Origin: Entomortierella parvispora E1425
Lineage: Eukaryota > Fungi > Mortierellomycota
Length of the DNA stretch: 64,000 bases
Assembly: GCA_020891255.1 (NCBI GenBank)
Contig: BQFW01000003.1
Span: 806,001 to 870,000 of the forward strand
Direction: 5' to 3'
Part shown: positions 36,978 to 49,900 of the stretch, piece after piece
How positions within the stretch are numbered: position 1 is the first letter of the stretch
How the letters are laid out: every line of letters starts with the position of its first letter
Program-made: the position numbers and the translations under genes
Notes under the pieces: generated by a model
Database searches by the model: none
What the model was told of the DNA's origin: nothing
Seen by the model: only the letters and a program-made list of their open reading frames with translations

Positions 36978-38766
36978 ATGTCGCCCTCCTCAACCAAGTT
37001 CGGCCCAAGCATGGCCAAAGAGTTTTACAACGAGAACACAGTTGTATTCCTCACAGGGGCCACAGGCTTTGTTGGCAAGACGGTACTCGAAAAGTTGTTG
37101 CGATCCTTCCCTCAAATAACAAAGTACGTCTTGTTCCCTCTGTCTTCAAATTCTTCGTGGCCTCGTTGTTCACACTTCTGATTCAGTTGACTGACTTTTA
37201 TCTTCATCCGACATTCATAGGGTGTATCTGCTGATGAGGATATCAGGAACCAAGACCCTACAGGATCGTGTCGAGAATGATGTTTTCGCTAGTCGCATCT
37301 TTGATACCTTGAAAGCGACGTTCAGCAGCCCACAAGAGTTCCACGATACCATTGTGAAGAAGATTGTGCCAGTCCAAGGAGACATTACCATTGACCGACT
37401 TGGACTCTCCGATGACGACTTGAAAATGATCCAGGAGGATGCCCGCATCGTCATCAACAGTGCAGCCTCTGTCAGTTTCGATGACCCATTGGGCAATGCA
37501 CTTGAGGTATATTCAGCGACAACGATGACGGAAGCGTGACACGCCATTGCATGGCATCGTCGGAGTTCTACCTTTTTTTTTTACTGACGTTCAAGACCCT
37601 TCGAACTAGATGAACACCAAAGGCCCATTCCGCACATTTGATGTCGCACAGGGAATCAAGCACCTCTCGGCCTTTATCCACATCTCAACCTGCTACGTGA
37701 ATGCGCCCATGTTTGAGCAACGAATTGACGAAACCATCTACCCTCACCCATTGGGCGAGCCGGAAGCCATTTATGACATGTTGACAAAGATGACCTACGA
37801 TGAGGTCCGGAATTACGAGAGAAAGGTCGTTCTCAAGACGTATCCCAACACGTATACATTCTCAAAGTCTTTGACGGAGCACTTGATCCACAACCGATAC
37901 AAAGCCATGGGCCTGCCCTTGGTCATTGTCCGTCCTTCGATTGTCACGGCCGCTGTTCAAGAACCAGTCCCTGGCTGGGTTGAAGGATCGGCCGCTGCGA
38001 ACAAGGCCGTGCTTTCTTGTGCCCTCGGACATGTCCAAGAATGGATCGGAGATGAGGTAAGTCCACATTGCTCCTTGCGCTGGTACTTGATCTTCACTTT
38101 TTTTTTTTACTGATGCCCGGTTGTTACCCCTTCATATTGCTATCAAAACAGACGGTCAAGACAGATCTCATCCCTGTCGATATTGTCGCCAAGACCATCC
38201 TCCTCTCTGCCACGACGGCCGACCGATCCCGACCTTCTCCCCCCATCTACCACGTTGGCACCAGCTGCCTCAACCCCATGACTTGGGGCCTCTTTGGAAT
38301 CTACGTGTCCGGTTTCTGGCGTGCTCAAGAGAAGCCGCGCAAGAGAACCTCAGATGACATTCGCTTTGACATGTTCCCAGCCCAGGAGTTCAAGCAAAGG
38401 TTCGATGCTCGGTTTGGCGAACAGATTCGCACCCTGGCACAAAACAAGGACGGAAAGAAACTCAAGATTCGCATCTCCAAGGCCATGGCCGTGCCCTTGA
38501 CCTTCAAGACCTTTTCTTGCAACCAATGGTTTTTCGACATTACAAAGACACTAGCGATGGATGATGCTGCCCCCAAAGAACTCAAGAGTGGATTGAGACG
38601 AGGCCTCGATTGGCATCGGTATATGGAGGATTACAATGCTGGCGTTCAAGACTTTATCCTCCGAGAGAAGGTCGATCGGACAATTCCCATTGATTACTCG
38701 GCCCAACTGCCACCACCGGTATCACAGACATCAGGACCAAAACCAGAAGTGGTTGCAAGACTGTAA
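36978..38766 (+). CDS. Fatty acyl-CoA reductase (alcohol-forming FAR/male-sterility family), multi-exon
   Basis: TGATGFVGK Rossmann motif, VINSAASVSFD, HISTCYVN, PNTYTFSKSLTE (YxxxK), IVRPSIV...PVPGW, DLIPVDIV and a C-terminal Sterile-like domain. Confidence 0.9.
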
Positions 38767-38904
38767 AACAAATAATGCAAACATCAATGAAATAAAACGA
38801 CAGCAAATGATCGCCGAAGAGTATATTATGTCCAAGAGTCATCTTGGCAACTTGTCAAAGGGTGCTAACATCCTCCTTTCTATATAAGCTTATCAAAATA
38901 GTGT

Positions 38905-41900
38905 TTACAATAGGTGAGGGACCGATTCATCGTCAATCTTGGCAGTAATGAGGTTGCGGCAGACCTCGCAATCTCCAGCCTCATCCAAGCAAGTGCGACC
39001 AAGACGGTCCTTGATCGTCAAGTCCAGTTCTGGGAAATTGTCCAACAGATATTCCAGTACCAAGTGGCGATGCTCGGCTGCGGCAATGTGCAAGACTGTG
39101 CGCTGATCGAACAATGGTCGGTTCAGATCGTAACCAGCCTCGGCAATCATCGACACTCGGTTCACGTCTCCCTCTGTGGTTGCAATCATTAACTTCCACC
39201 CGAGATCCGATACTTCTGAATCATTGAAATGAGCTCCAGTGTCTCTAAGAACTTTGACCACATCCAAGTTGCTGCTGCGAGTGACTGCATCGTAGAGTGG
39301 GGTGTGGTTCAAGCGATCCCGCTTGTGGATAGAGGCACCGTGACTCAAAAGGAACTTGACAACATCCAAGTGCCCTGAGCTGCAGGCAATGTGCAGAGGC
39401 GAGCGTCCCTCCCAATCGCCATTGCTCAAACTAATACCGTCGCCGCCCATGACTGCACTTCCTCCCAAGAATTGGGTATCATTGGCACCAAGATCTTGAG
39501 ATGCCTTATTCGGTCCCTGACCATCTGCCATCACCTCCCAGAGTTTGCCGAGTCCTTCTAAATCGCCGCTTCCTGCAGCTCCGCAGATCAAGAGTGGATA
39601 CAAACTTCTCTCGATCCAACGCTGATCCTCTGTAGACAAAGGTCCGACGCCCAAATGTTCCTCAGTATCTGTGACGGCAGGAGAGACGGTTCCTTCGCCC
39701 GCTTCTGATGAAGTCTCCGAGCCGTGGCTGGAAATATGGAATCGCGAGTTCATGGCTTTTGCGGTAAGGGTATCCACTGCATTCCATTGATCCCGCGTCT
39801 CAGAAAGCTCTACCTTCCGCATCTGCTCCTGCATCTTCATATCTTTCATCGCCTCAGTATCCAGGATCGGTCCTGTGCCAGCGACGGATGGGGTGGCTGG
39901 GACACTCTTGGTGAGAAGTCCCTGTGATGCAGCCCTGAACAAAAGTTGCAACAGGGAATGGGTTCTGTTGATGTAGCTGAATCGGGTGCGAGGCTGAACC
40001 ACCGTCAGCTCTCCACGCAGGTTCTTGGTCATCATTTCTCGAACCTTGCTGGTGGGCAAGTTATGACCAAGCAAGTACGAAAGCTTTGTGAGTGCACACT
40101 CTGGCGTCATGTCGTTCCCTGGAATGACTCCTGCATTATAGAGGACCTTTCCAGTTTGATAGACGTCCGTCACCAATCCACGCTTGCCTATGTAGTCAGA
40201 GAAACGATAAGTAAATGTACAATAAACCAAATGACTCGAGCAGATAAAAGCGTCAACTTACATTGTGTGCAATTGACAATAACAACACCACGGTCGTTTG
40301 CCTCCTTCAAAGCGGCAATCAAGTCAGCACGAGTGGAGGGAGCGTTTCCAGCACCGTAGGTTTCGAGTACAACTCCTTGAATTGGTGGGGCAAGAAATGT
40401 GCGGATAGTACAATCGGTGATGCCAGGGAAGAGTCGCAAGCTGGCAACATTTGCATTCATAGACTTGTGCGCACGGAATCGGGACAACGAAGTGGGTCGA
40501 ACAACCTCTGACCAGTCGACGTCTAAGTGATGGGAGGAATAAGTCGGTCAGCAATCACCAGATGGGTCGACCAATGAGTACAAGAATACCATTGCTAGAG
40601 CAAGTTGCTGCTTCGGAGTTCAGTCCCACATACCAATGTTGATCCCAACCTTGACCAGGGGAGGAAGGTTTGGACTGTCAAAAGCATTAAAGTCAATGGC
40701 ATCCATCTTTGAGCTCCTGTTGCCACGGAACAGCTTGTTGCCAAAGTACAAGCTGACTTCAGGGATGACAAAGTGACCGGCAATGGTCAAAGCGCCGAGC
40801 AGGTTATCGATGGCGTCGTTCCTGATCTCGGTGATGGGGACCTGTGATCCTGTGATGATGACGGTCTTGCTGCAGTTGCCATGTTGCCATTGAAAGAATA
40901 GTAAAAACACAAAGAATAAAAAAAAAAAAAAAAAAAAAAAAGCGGGGAAAGCCGGTTAGAGTTCGTAGTCCGTGGGAGATATCGAATTCAGTTGAATTGC
41001 GCCACCGTGTGAAAAATTAAAGGGGGAGGAGCATCCACACGCCCCCAAAGGAGTGAGATTCCCGCGCAGCGCGTGGGCGCACAGACTCACCACCACAGGC
41101 AAAAAGAAGAAACAGGGCAGTCTAGTTCCTGCACTGTCTCCACTGTGTCGCCCCAAAAAGACCACAAAACAGCACCCTTGCAGTCGATCCGAAAAATGTT
41201 GTACCCGTGCCTTATAAAGAACCCACGGACACTCAACCCAAACAAAAACACAGGACACCAACCAGCCCTGTCCTCATGGCGACATTCTGCAATCTGACTC
41301 ACCCAAGGTCTTCCAGCATGAAACTCAGCGCACTGGCCGTGTAGGCCATCGTATCCGTGCCATGAAGAACAATAAAAGCGTCGTAGAGCTCATAGTTTGC
41401 CTCAATGTCGGTTGCAATCCGGACCCAGTCCGTCATGGTCATATTGCAAGAGTCCAGAAGTGGGTCGTATTCCAGGATCGAGTACCGGATCCTCTTTCCA
41501 TACAGGGAAGGAGGGGTGATCAGCGATGGGATCTTTCCTAGGCTGCCTGGCAGGTGACTGAAGCATGGGATTCGGATTTTGTTGACAGGCGTGTTTGGAG
41601 GCAGAGTCGCTCCGGATGTGGTTCCGTTGATTGTGGCATGTGAGGGAGGGATGGTGTGGTGGCTATGAAGACCATTCATGGCTGGGTCGAGGTGTTTGTT
41701 GAGAGAGTCATTGTTGGGCAAAGATTCGAGGTTGACGGAGGAGCTTGTCCGGGAAAGTCGACCGAAGACAGTATTCAGCGAGGGCAGATCATGGAAGCGT
41801 GACTGGTTGGAGAGGGTCTCGGCGAGGAAGTTGGGCACAGGAACATAGCCGAATTGTTTAGTATTGCTCATGCCGATCGTGCCTCCTGTATAGATTACAA

Positions 41901-42104
41901 GGACTCGAGAGACCTCTGAAGAAAAAGAAGGCAAGCAAGGACAGAGTGAGTTGAGTTTTCAATGCTGAGAGAACAGGAGCAAACAGCACAAGCATAAATA
42001 GAAACTGATTCCGCACCACAGGGCAGCATCTCGTCAATGAACTGCGAGAGCTGGTAATCAACCGCAGCATTCTCGAATGCGATGGTGTCGAGGGATTCAG
42101 GCAT
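38905..42104 (-). CDS. ASPG: L-asparaginase I with C-terminal ankyrin repeats (ASPG/60-kDa lysophospholipase-like), multi-exon
   Basis: [52 protein letters not shown] and ankyrin repeats ([29 protein letters not shown]). Confidence 0.9.
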
Positions 42105-44269
42105 GTTTTGCAGATGATGAGGGGAGGAAGGAGGGAGAGGGAGAGGGAGAAGGAGGATGCAATGGTCTGCAAAGAAGAAGAATGTCAACGAGATGTTGCC
42201 CGCTGTTGCCTTTTTCTTTTTTCTTTTTTTTTTTTTTTTTTTTTGGCTTTTTCAACTTGCGGTCACGTGGACATCGTTGCGCCGGATTTGGATGTCTTTG
42301 CGCGACGGAGGACGAAGAGCGACCAAAGAAGAGGACACTCACCAGGCTAAACTACCTGTTATCTGGACCAGACAACAATCAGCTGTCTCGCGGTGCAGAG
42401 GTGCATCTTGGCAGTAACCTCACTCCTGCAGGGTTAATGGTACACTGCCAAGATTGCATGCGCAAAGGAGGGCGGGAGGGTGTAACAGAGCCAGCGGCCA
42501 CCTTCTCGGCCAGCTTTGGCCAGCCCTTCTTGGTCTTGCACCCAACAAAGTACGCGACCTTGTTCAAGGCCGACTTTGAAAAGTTCCAAGTCCAAGGCCT
42601 CTGAAGAGATGCTCTTGGCTGGTCTCCAAGTCTATCAAAACTGATCATGTCAGCCCCTGCTGTGGAACATAAAGATTAGAAATTAAAAAATAAAGCGATG
42701 CTATGAAGTGCCACCAAACCCGGGTTTCGACCTTCATCTCGAGATATCCAAACCGTATTGACCATTCTTTGTATCTCTCTTTGTTTTCCCCGATCCCTCT
42801 TGATCATGAATAACCACTGTCTACAGGGTAGAAGCCGGATCTGATGCTAAAGATATGTCCTCAATGAAGACACCTTCCTCAGCATGCGAAATGGCCGAAG
42901 ACCTTCTTCCAGACTGCCTTGTTGGCTTGTAGCGGTTCCCACGCAAACGAAAAAACGAATGCAGCTAATTCACATGCGACATGGCGAAATGCAACCACCT
43001 CCATCTGATCCTCCATTCTCGCAAGTTCCTGCATTCATTGTCCATTCCATTCCACGACTCTGCGTCGCCGAGAACTTTAGAGACAGAGCTGGCACTTCAT
43101 ACCAGATGTTGGATGCTCTGTTTCTCTTCTCTCTCTCTTTTTTTGGTTTGTCAGCCAATCAGCGACTCGCCAGCCAGTGGTCATCGACAGTGCGTGAAAA
43201 GGACGGCCATTGTTACATGGCGAGAATGACCCGGACGCACTCGATGGATGTCCGCTGCTTTTTTGTGTTTATCTGCTTCGCCTTTTTCCCCTTCTCTCTT
43301 TTTCGCTTCTCCTTCACCCCCACCCACCTTCCACTCCCAGTCCACCACCACCACCCCTCCCAGTCCATCTCCACCCATTATCCACCTTCACTTTCACACT
43401 CCACAGGGATCACGGTCCGTCCACGCCCATGACCCAAGGTTGCACCACACTCGCGTTACATTCAGACACGAGAGCACAGCTCGCGCTTTTAAGGTATTTT
43501 GAAATCCAGCCAAACAAACACAGCCTGGCCAAACACTTTGATCCCTTTCGGTCTCTGACCCCCCCTGCATGCTACGTTCCTTTTCCCGTTTCCTCTTTTC
43601 TTTTGCAGCACTGCCAGCCTGCACGTTGCTTAGCCGAGTCTCGGTCGCTGTTCGTTTCGTTGCCACCTGTGCAAGCTGACTTTGCGAGGCGCAGTCCTTG
43701 CAGAACGCCTCTCTGCCCTCCAAGGTCTTCAAGACTCTGCCTCCCTAGCAGATAACTGTGCCCTTTGGAAAGAAGCTCTTTCCCTTTGGTACCTTCCGCA
43801 CTTCAAGAACGTTTCTTGCCCAGAGTGGTCCGGGCTTGAGTGCAACCTCCCAAGCACACAAGTTCCACCTCTGAGCAAGCAAGGCTACGCTCCCTGCCTT
43901 CAAGACCGGCTGTGCCTCGGGGGACTCTACAGCAAGACCACTCTCTGGAGCATGCTCGGCCCTCTCAAGCCCTCTGTGCGCCACTCTTCCAAAGCGCCCT
44001 CCTCCAGAGCACCCTCCCTGGCTGTGCTTCCTGGCCGTGCCACTGCCCGTTTCGCGTTTGGGTCAACAACGAAAAGCAGTCCCACGTCGGCTGTGCCCCT
44101 TAAAATTGGCCAATCCGTCCTGGCCATCGACGCGTCTGTCCATCCATCTCTCCAAGGCCTGGGAGACAAGTGCGCGCCTTCCATCCAGTCAAGATTCTGT
44201 CAAGAGACCGCTGCCGCCTCCTTGCGGTGCCTTTCTCTTCAACGGCAGTCATCTCACGCCCTTGTCCGA

Positions 44270-46140
44270 GGACATGATGCCGCCAACAAGTTACACTGTG
44301 CCTGGTCGGTTGCCTAGAAGCTTGAAAAGGTACGAAAGTATGGCAGTAGGTAGCGCTTCGGGGCAAGGTGTCTGCAAGCGCCCATGCGGATTCAATGATG
44401 AATTGGAGATCTCGAAGTGAGGGAAGTGGTCGTGGTCGTGGTTGTGGCGGGTGGTGAGTGGTGAGTGGTGAGTGGTGAGTGGTGAGTGGTGAGTGGTGAG
44501 TGGTGAGGATTATTACCCTGAGAATCATCTCTGCGGCGACCATTGTTACGGAAGACGATGGTGCCCTACCCTCGGGTAGCGTAATAGTGATCAGAGTAGG
44601 TTCAGTGAAGGGCTGGGGAGAGTGAGAGGTGAGTGGCGTGGGTGATTCCTGAGAATTCGTCTCCGCGGCTGTCAACGTTCCGGAAGACGTTCGGGGGCCT
44701 CTACCCATCGAGGAGGTTAATAGTTGGAGGTGGTTCAAAGATGGACTCGGCTGGGGGGTTGGGAGTTGAAGAGAGGGATAGTGAGGGTGAGGGTGAGGGT
44801 GGTGTGTGGCATCTCCCTGAGAATCATCTCTGCGGCGACCATTGTTACGGAAGACGGTGGTGCCCTGCCCTCGGGTAGCGTAATAGTGATCAGAGTAGGT
44901 TCAATGAAGGATTCGGTTTGGGGGTGGAATCAAGAGGGGAAGAGTGAGAGTGGTGTGGAGTATCTCTCTGAGAATAATATCTGCGGCATCAGGGATCAAC
45001 CGAGTCTTGACAACGTCCACTGACCATACTGGAGTCCTCTCCATTACGGATAGCAAAAAATCAAAAACGGCGGCCTTCCATCCAGTCAAGATCCTGCCCA
45101 GGCACTGCAGCCGCTTCCTTGCGATATCTTTGATTGTCAACGCGTGGCAATAAGAGGTTCCCTCTCTTCAACGTCAGTCCTCTGAAGCCCTTGTCCGAGA
45201 TCCAAACTCTGCCCTATACCTTCCTATCCTAGGCGAAAAAGAGTGCGCGTGGAGCCAGATGTGGTGCGAGGATCGAAAGACTCTTCAGAGTCCTTCATCA
45301 TATCCTCCTCTGCAGACTGGTGTGTACTTTTAGCTGTTTTGATGGGTTGGATTTGTGTATGAGGGGTTGGTCCTGGCCCTTGGTGAGGTACTTTTTGTTC
45401 AGAGACTTCTCTTTTTGTTCTTGTCGTGAACAGCTCCGTCTTCCTTTCTGCTAGTCATCGGAGATGATTGTCGACGAGCAACACCTACTCGTGGATTCAA
45501 GAACAGATGCCGCCCTCCTCTTCTCTGGCCCTCATCCATATGAGGACGTGATGCTGCCAACAAGTTCCGCTGTGCCTGGCCGGTTGCCTGCGAGCTTGAT
45601 CAAGGTACGAAAGTATGGCAGTGGGTAGCGCTCCAGGACAAGGCGTCTGCAAGCGCCCATGCGGGTTCAGTGATGGGTTGGAGGTTGGGAGTGGGATTGG
45701 GATTGGAGGTGAGAGGGGTGGCGGTGGTGTGGATTATTACCCTGAGAATCATCTCTGCGGCGACCATTGTTACGGAAGACGATGGTGCCCTACCCTCGGG
45801 TAGCGTAATAGTGATCAGAGTAGGTTCAGTGAAGGGCTGGGGAGAGTGAGAGGTGAGTGGCGTGGGTGATTCCTGAGAATTCGTCTCCGCGGCTGTCAAC
45901 GTTCCGGAAGACGTTCGGGGGCCTCTACCCATCGAGGAGGTTAATAGTTGGAGGTGGTTCAACGAAGGACTCGGCTGGGGGGTTGGGAGTTCAAGAGGGG
46001 AAGGGTGTGGTGTGGTGCGGTGTGGGGTATCACCCTGAGAATGATCTCTGTGACGGTTGCTGTTACGGAAGATGGTAATGGCCCAGAGGTCAACTGCGTC
46101 TTTACAGCGTCCACTGACCATACTGCAGTCCTCAATATTT
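44270..46140. repeat. Local segmental duplication: about 44507-44738 matches 45731-45962, with diverged flanking and partial copies
   Basis: An approximately 230-bp block appears identical by eye. 44279-44410 resembles 45550-45685. Partial copies near 44815, 44965 and 46030. Confidence 0.88.
44453..44507. repeat. (GGTGAGT)7+ heptamer tandem repeat
   Basis: Directly visible. Confidence 0.92.
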
Positions 46141-46939
46141 CAGATAGATGCAGCGACTTCCAAGCAACGGCCGATGGCCTCGTAGTACTAGTTTTCTTTC
46201 AGCATATATTAAAATGGCGACGAGAGTGCACCCAGTGAAGAGGATATGACAATATTCAAATCATGTACAGCTGTTTCCTCATTGAATATCACGGCAGGAT
46301 GATGGTCACCGGTGATGGCGACCAACGGTCTGTTGTTTGGCCTGCTCATGGACTCAAACATCACGAGCGGCCTGGAAAACCCATAGCCGTGGCAGATTCT
46401 GTCGAAAAAAAATATGTGTGTACGTGAGCTGTGGACTCCCACTTTTTTTTTTTCTTTTTCTTTCTTGTAATTCAGTAGCTTTTCCTCTTCAAAGCTCCGG
46501 ACATTGACCCTTCCTCCTTGGTTCTCTTGCATCTTTCGTCTCCTTGTGGCACTTTGTCCGGCTACTTCATCTCAATCGCTCCCCTTTCTTTCGTCCAACC
46601 GTCTGCTCCTTAGGAGCTTTGTTTGCTAGGGACTATCAATTCTCATATGTCTATGCATCATCGTGTACCCAAGCTTTTGGTCCCAGTCACTCACATTTTC
46701 CCTTTCTTCTTCTCTCTCGGAAGAGTGCTCCTGCAGCAAGCTGCAGGCCGCAAGCGAGAGGCCAAGCACGCGTCGAATGATGGCAAACAAAAAAAAACAA
46801 CCCCGACGCGTTCTTTAATTAAAATGCTAAGCCACCAACAATACCGACGCGCTGTCTTGTTCCCTTTTTCTCGGTCTCTTCTTTCTCCATCTTCAAACAC
46901 CCCTGACAATCCTCGCTCTACCCGTCGCCACATTAAGCC

Positions 46940-49900
46940 ATGGCTCCAAAGGTCACGTCCCGATGGGCTCACGCTGCAGAGATCAGCGCTGTCGCCTACG
47001 CACCTGATGGAAGGTACATTTTAGAATTGTCCTTGAAGGACCCATGACGGTCCAGACTGAATGGCGTTACTAATTCAAAACTATTCCACTCCCATCTTAT
47101 AGTTGCCTCATCACCGCCTCGGAGGACGATTTCATGCACTTGTTCCCTGAAGGAAAAGCCAACTCCACAGCCGATAAACTCGAACATGAGGGTGCCGTCA
47201 CCTGCCTGATTGTCACGGTATAGAGACTGCCCACATTTTGGATTAATTTACGTTGATTTTACTCGATCCGTGGTTGCTGATACAACGGACTTTTTTTTTC
47301 TGTTTGTGTTTTTAGAAAGAACATATTTTCACGGGATCGGCCGACGGTTGTATCAGGCAGTACGATTTGAGAGAGCAGCAGTTCATGGGCATCATTGTCA
47401 AATATGAGTTGGCCGTCCGATGCATGGCCATTTCACACGATAGAAATATCTTGGCCGTTGGAACAGAGTAGGGACAGAAGGAAGGATCGGACGTAAAACT
47501 GGGTTACTGCATGTTGGGTCTCTCGACTAACAGAATCGTCTTCTTTCTATTAGATCTGCCGATATCAAGATCATTGTTTTGGAAGATCGTGAAAAGGGCT
47601 ACCCCTTGAGAGGTCACAAGAAGGCACTTAGCTCGCTGTCCTTTGACCCACAAGGAGAATTCCTGGTATATAGATATGATCCGGTTCGCTTTTGTCGCAG
47701 GCAGAAAAACATCAGATTTGTTAACACAATGTCGGCTTTTAGGTATCTTCAAGTTGCGACGGAACTGTTAAAGTGTGGAACCTCAAGGAACGTGAAAAGG
47801 TGCCAGTTGACTCCATTCCAGTTGGTGAGCCAGTATCTACAGAGTAAGTGATTAAGGTGACTTAGTTTGAATACATCGTTCATTCGAATTTATATACTTA
47901 TTCTATATCTTTGTCATAGTTCTCAAGACAGAATCCCGGTTTTATGGCATCCCTCGAGTGAATTTTTCGCAATTGGCAAAGGAAAAGGTACAGCGGAAGG
48001 GAAAGATGGAGGGCTCGGACATCCTCAACTTCATACTAAGAGATGAATCCGAACTTTTGTAGATATTGTCGTACATAACCGACTCACATGGAAGTATTCA
48101 TTCAAATATCGATCGGGAACTGAGCATGTACGTATATAGGTCATGCGGATCAAACGTACAGTAACTTGCCACGACAACAAAACAATCTAATGCGACATTG
48201 TATACAATTAGACTGTGCGAACTTTGGCCTGGTCTCCCAACGGAAAGTTTTTAGCCGCTTCCTCGTCCGAGGCTGATCTTTGGGTCTGGCAGTATAAGGA
48301 GAAAGAGAACCCTTTGGCAAGGTACGCCAACCAATTGCGATGATTGCGCTTATACGCGTTGTGTTATTTAGAGTGCGGAGGAACTCACATTCTGCGCTCT
48401 GTAAATAGCCATAAGCACAAAAGTGGTTGTATTACTGCCTTAGCGTGGGCACCCAATGCCAACAGATTGCGCTTTGTAAGTTATCATAGCGATTGATGTA
48501 AGATAGTCTCCCTCCACATCTTACTCACCTCATCTATAATTTACAGACGGACACCACTGGCGAGCTCTCTTGCTGGGAAGAGGTGATTGAGGAGGGAAAG
48601 GGGTCGCCTTTCAACCAACCAAAGCAGGATCCACTGGAAGGACTCTTTGACGACAGTGCCGCCGAGGATGCTGCTGCTGAGGATCAAGGTATGAGCTTGT
48701 AGCTTGAGGATAGAGGCACATCCCGATCTATGGATGATTCGTTTTAACGATCGCTTCAATTCCATGTTTTGATGCCAAATAGAAATGACTGCGCCTGAAT
48801 ACCTCAGTGACAATGAATCATTGAATGACTTTATTGTCGACGACGAAAACAATAATGGATATCTGGAAAAAAGACCACCAGGCGTTGTAGGAGGGAGCAA
48901 ATCTGCACAGAGGCTGCAAGCCGTCAAGGAACTTCATCCAGCGTTTCAATCAGGCTCTACAGTGCTCAAGGATGAGAGGCGCTACCTTGGTATGTATAAC
49001 CGACATTCCACTATGCACAGCTGTTTTGCGTTTACGTGAGGCTCTGACGTTTTTTCCTATGATAGCTTTCAACCTTTTGGGCCTCATCACCACTGTTGAC
49101 CATGGCACCCATGCCACTATCTCGGTCGAGTTCCACGACAAGCTTACCCAGCGTGGATATCATTTCACGGACAACAATCATTATTCCATGGCTTGTTTGG
49201 GAATGAACGGCGCTCTCTTTGCTGCTGCCTCCAGTGATGGCAATCCAAGCACTGTGTTTTACAAGACCTCTGACAGTTGGGCAACGAAATCGGAGTGGCA
49301 AATATATCTGCCTGATGGAGAGGATGCTACATGTAAGAATCACCTTGACTGTTGCTACCTGGATTGAAGCTTCGACCAGAAACTGATAGTTTTTTTTTTT
49401 TTTTTTTTTGTTAACGATCGTAGCCGTTGCTTTAAATGCCGAGTCTGCCATTGTCACCACTTCCCGAGGATATGTCAGAGTGTTTTCTCAAAGCGGAATT
49501 CAAACGGGATTGTTTGGCGTTGGTCCTGTCATTTCTTCCGCTGGAAAGGGAGATTTGGTACTCTTGGTTCATCATCAAGGAGAGCCCTTCCAAGGTATCT
49601 TTCCTGCTGATGAAGTGTTAATGGACTGTTTTCTTTCTCAGTTTGAATTGAGTATGAATTTACTGACAGCTATTGATATTGTCCTTTGATAGGTTCACAA
49701 AATTTGGGATATTCTATGTACAATGTTGAGACTGGCCAGAGGATACAACAAGGTGTTTTACCTGTGTCAGACGATACCTTCATTTCTTGGATTGGTTTCT
49801 CAGAAGGAGGTATCCCTGCGTTTTATGACGATAAGGGCGTAATGCATGTTCTTAACTATTACCGACGAGTCGATCAGGGGCAATGGACCCCCATTTTGGA

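Larger units (their letters stand above)
43700..46532 (-). pseudogene. Degenerate or rapidly evolving gene(s) built from tandemly duplicated exon-intron modules
   Basis: Repeated segments end ...ATTCTCAG(G/A) followed by candidate donors. The same peptides recur (WSVDxVKT, EPTLITITLPEGRAPSSSVT...ILR). I could not assemble a clean ORF. Confidence 0.4.

Noticed and set aside
42340-42604. Protein-like plus-strand stretch upstream of the asparaginase gene
   Set aside because: No clear start, splice context or recognisable domain.
44270-46140. CRISPR-like array
   Set aside because: Units are long, irregular and diverged, without a constant repeat and unique spacers; eukaryotic context with no cas genes.
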